A DNA stretch of 53,795 nucleotides from positions 1 through 53,795 of the IMG/VR virus record IMGVR_UViG_3300025093_000026, one strand, 5' to 3'. The position numbers and the translations under genes are program-made. Origin of the DNA: a virus (Duplodnaviria > Caudoviricetes). Below, one piece after another: positions 53,139 through 53,795 of this stretch. The notes under the pieces are model-generated. The model had not been told where the DNA came from. It made no database searches and worked only from the letters and a program-made list of their open reading frames with translations. The first letter of the stretch is position 1. Every line of letters starts with the position of its first letter.

Positions 53139-53795
53139 ATGCCAACACCAGAAGAAATTCAAAGATTAAATGATGCAATCGATAATCTAAATCAAACTAG
53201 GCAGCGAGAGCTAGATATAATTCGAGCTGTCAACGAAGCGCGAGGCGAAGAAACTAGAACCGCCCAGGCACAACTTCAACTTCTAGACCAACAAGCTGCA
53301 AGCTCTAGAGAAGCTGCAGCTCAGATGGCACAATTATTAGCTGAAACTAATAATATTACGGATGCAACAGAGAGAGCAGAGAAAGCATATAATGAAGTTG
53401 TGCGACAAATGCAAGAGTTGCAAGATCGTCAGAGCCAGGGTATTGAATTAAGCCGACAGGAGCAAGAAGAACTGGCAAGACTTACTGCTCTTCGTGACCA
53501 AGGTCGCGATTCTATAATAGATAATATGCAAGCTTTGCAAGAACACGAGCAGCGTGTTGCAGAAAATATTGAGAGACAAGCAGAATTAACGAATAGTACT
53601 ATAAGACTATCAGATGGCTTTGATGATTTATTTAGAAGCACACTTAGATTAAATGCCGAATGGAGAGATCAGGGCTTGGGAGGATCCATCGCCGCAGTTT
53701 TAACTGGAGGCGCTGATATGGGTGAACTCTTAGATGATATGGCAGATAAATTTACCGCGCTATCCAATCCAGTTGAACTTTTAGGCAACATGCTT
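53139..53795 (+). CDS. tape measure protein, N-terminal part (runs off the window)
   Basis: ATG 53139 with TAAGGA RBS, open to the end of the window (MPTPEEIQRLNDAIDNL...); A/Q/E-rich helical; canonical position after the tail chaperones. Confidence 0.7.
   Translation, partial: MPTPEEIQRLNDAIDNLNQTRQRELDIIRAVNEARGEETRTAQAQLQLLDQQAASSREAAAQMAQLLAETNNITDATERAEKAYNEVVRQMQELQDRQSQGIELSRQEQEELARLTALRDQGRDSIIDNMQALQEHEQRVAENIERQAELTNSTIRLSDGFDDLFRSTLRLNAEWRDQGLGGSIAAVLTGGADMGELLDDMADKFTALSNPVELLGNML

Noticed and set aside
71-53641. Numerous minus-strand and alternate-frame ORFs of 60-190 aa in the track
   Set aside because: They are shadows of long + strand genes (especially repeat- or codon-biased ones), without RBS or recognisable motifs.
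1-53795. Stop-codon reassignment as in some jumbo phages
   Set aside because: Core genes are full length in code 11, and TAA, TAG and TGA all terminate genes at sensible boundaries.

Overview
A 53.8-kb, AT-rich, almost entirely +-strand segment of a large T4-like myophage (jumbo-type), read in the standard genetic code. It covers most of the virion morphogenesis region: large baseplate/tail-associated proteins, three fibre genes with C-terminal S74 chaperone domains, terminase, portal, prohead protease, scaffold, major capsid, neck, sheath, tube, tail assembly chaperone and the start of the tape measure gene. Interspersed are DNA metabolism genes (RuvC-like resolvase, primase, a single-chain SbcD-SbcC/Mre11-Rad50 fusion) and host-takeover genes (a complete tmRNA with tag ANDNVSFDYALAA, ribosomal protein bS21, a J-domain protein, a fatty-acid hydroxylase/sterol desaturase). 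The most notable unexplained structure is a family of at least 8-9 small proteins sharing an N-terminal MKITKxxLxxIIKEE...LxE leader fused to unrelated cargoes, several of them acidic-propeptide + poly-Lys + Cys-rich. I interpret it as a modular capsid-targeting and protease-activation system. Other observations: an unannotated 32-aa peptide with 10 Cys; a CTAWWTA motif in nearly every intergenic gap before structural genes (candidate late promoter); a probable +1 frameshift in the tail chaperone; a ~900-residue repeat coiled-coil fibre whose mRNA is flanked by hairpins; and apparent over-representation of GGCGCC/GCCGGC palindromes. All family assignments come from motif recognition and synteny, not database searches.
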